From contig JASGJN010000020.1 of NCBI GenBank assembly GCA_049840735.1, forward strand, positions 672,001-736,000: DNA of 64,000 nucleotides, read 5' to 3'. Positions 62,441 through 64,000 of this stretch are shown in pieces. The position numbers were made by a program, and so were the translations under genes. The notes under the pieces are model-generated. The model saw only the letters and a program-made list of their open reading frames with translations. It made no database searches and was not told the DNA's origin. This DNA is from Anaeromyxobacter sp. Its GTDB lineage: Bacteria; Myxococcota; Myxococcia; Myxococcales; Anaeromyxobacteraceae. Positions within the stretch are counted from its first letter, which is position 1; the number at the start of each line of letters is the position of its first letter.

Positions 62441-63604
62441 TCACCGCGCCGGCAGCGGCACCGTGACCCTCACCCGCGCGCCGCCCAGGCCGCCACGGTC
62501 CAGCGTGAGCTCGCCCCCCACCCGGCGCGCCCGCTCGCGCATGCCCAGCACGCCGAGCGTCTCCGGCTGCCCGGCGACGCCCGCGCCGGCGGGCAGCCCC
62601 GCGCCGTCGTCCTCGATCTCCAGGACCACGCTCCCGCCGGCGGGCCGGAGCCGCACCTCCACCCGGCGGGCCCGCGCGTGGCGCGCCACGTTGGTCAGCG
62701 CCTCCTGGGCGATCCGGTAGAGCGCGGTCGCGACCTCGGCCCGCAGCGGCGGCAGCTCCTCCGCCAGGTCCACCGCGCAGGCGAGCCCGGTGCGGGCCTG
62801 GAAGCTGCGCAGCTCCTGGCGCAGCACCGCGTCCAGCCCCAGCCACTCCAGCGCCGAGGGGCGCAGGTGCGAGGCGATCCGTCGGACCGCCGCCACGGCG
62901 CGGTCCACCAGCGCCAGGGTGTCCACCGTGCGCTCCACCAGCCCGGGCGGTGCGCAGGGCAGCTCGTCCACCTCCCGCTCGATGGCCTGCAGGTTCACCT
63001 TCATCCCCGTGAGGAGCTGCCCCATGTCGTCGTGCAGGTCCCGCGCGATGCGCGCCTGCTCCTCCTCGCGCACCGAGTCGAGCCGGGCCGCCAGCTCCTG
63101 CAGCTCCCGCCGCGAGGCCTGCAGCTCCTGGGCGCGCGCCCGCGCCTCGGCCTCGCGCGCGGCCAGCTCCCGCTCGGCGCGCTTCTGCTCGGTGATGTCC
63201 AGGATGGCGCCGAAGAGCGAGCGGGTCACGCCGGCCGCGTCGCGCTCAATGGTGATCTGGGTGGAGAGCACCACCCGCTCCTCGCCGGAGGGGTGGACCA
63301 GCCGCAGCTCGAACGGCTCCACCCGACCGCCGGCCAGGGCCCGCTCAATCATGGCGGTGTGCAGGGCGCGGTCGCCGGGGTGGACCAGCGCGTGGGCGGC
63401 CGGGTGGCTCGGGGTGAAGGTCTCCGGGGCCTGGCCGAAGATCCGGTAGAGCTCCTCGGACCAGGTGACCACGTCGCTGGCGAGGTCCCAGCGCCAGCTG
63501 CCCAGGTGCGCTGCGGCCTGGGCGCGCGCCAGGTCGCGCTCGCGGAGGCGCAGCGCCTCCAGCAGCTGCTCGGGGGTCTGCGGCAGCGCAGCCATCACGG
63601 CCAT
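62441..63604 (-). CDS. PAS sensor histidine kinase (HisKA_3, UhpB/NarX type)
   Basis: LGSWRWD..WSEELYRIFG; EEQARIARDLHDDMGQ; YRIAQEALTNVARHA; DDGAG; GMRERA. Start uncertain. Confidence 0.9.
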   Translation of the reverse strand: MAVMAALPQTPEQLLEALRLRERDLARAQAAAHLGSWRWDLASDVVTWSEELYRIFGQAPETFTPSHPAAHALVHPGDRALHTAMIERALAGGRVEPFELRLVHPSGEERVVLSTQITIERDAAGVTRSLFGAILDITEQKRAERELAAREAEARARAQELQASRRELQELAARLDSVREEEQARIARDLHDDMGQLLTGMKVNLQAIEREVDELPCAPPGLVERTVDTLALVDRAVAAVRRIASHLRPSALEWLGLDAVLRQELRSFQARTGLACAVDLAEELPPLRAEVATALYRIAQEALTNVARHARARRVEVRLRPAGGSVVLEIEDDGAGLPAGAGVAGQPETLGVLGMRERARRVGGELTLDRGGLGGARVRVTVPLPAR

Positions 63605-63759
63605 GGTGACGGACCATCCGGCCGCCGTCCACGCACCGAGGGAAGAGCCCGCAGCGTCGCCTGGAGGCGCCTGCCGCACCCGGCGCGACCCCGCACGGGT
63701 CGGGTCCCCTGCTCGTGGTCGTTGCCATTTCGGGCGGTTGGGGCGAGCCTACGCGCCTC

Positions 63760-64000
63760 ATGGAACTTCCGATCCGGAGTCTCGCCGCCCGCGGTGTGGG
63801 GTTCGGCACCAGCGGCGTCCGCGCCACCGTCGACGCGCTCACCGACGAGGTCTGCTACGCCTACGCGGCCGCCTTCCTGAAGGTGCTGGCCCGGCGGGGG
63901 CCGGTGCGCCGGGTGGCCATCGGCCACGACCTGCGGCCGAGCAGCCCGCGCATCACCGCGGCCTGCGCCGCCGCCTGCCGGGACGCCGGGGCGGAGGTGG
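63760..64000 (+). CDS. Phosphomannomutase/phosphoglucomutase, 5' part only
   Basis: Manual translation: GVGFGTSGVRA..AYAAAF..VAIGHDLRPSSPRI; runs off the window. Confidence 0.85.
   Translation, partial: MELPIRSLAARGVGFGTSGVRATVDALTDEVCYAYAAAFLKVLARRGPVRRVAIGHDLRPSSPRITAACAAACRDAGAEV

Overview
Very GC-rich bacterial DNA. Gene content suggests an Anaeromyxobacter-like myxobacterium (inference). About 42 real CDS lie among many shadow ORFs. I saw no rRNA, tRNA, CRISPR array, transposase or integrase. Gene order: AcrAB-OprM-type RND pump with divergent TetR; an atypical chemosensory module (receiver, GAF protein, CheD, a CheA cut after Hpt+dimerisation, and a divergent CheA-like pseudokinase with tandem MshEN-type motifs); an acyl-ACP-reductase-like fusion; isoamylase; a cluster of hypotheticals around an HNH gene bracketed by 21-bp direct repeats; sugar ABC transporter; histidine kinases; YccA; leuC-leuD-cimA-leuB; eat-eutB-eutC; a large modular lipoprotein amylase; lipase; prolyl oligopeptidase; Hsp70-like protein; a coupled SLATT / S8 protease / exported-protein operon converging on an ATPase-SLOG fusion behind EF-G; cspA; an HDOD protein; and the start of a phosphomannomutase. 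All seven apparent frame disruptions lie at GATC sites, which suggests modification-induced long-read errors rather than pseudogenes. Best candidates for undescribed systems: the SLATT-S8-exported protein operon, the split/pseudokinase CheA pair, and the repeat-bounded HNH element. All family assignments come from motif recognition by eye, not database searches.
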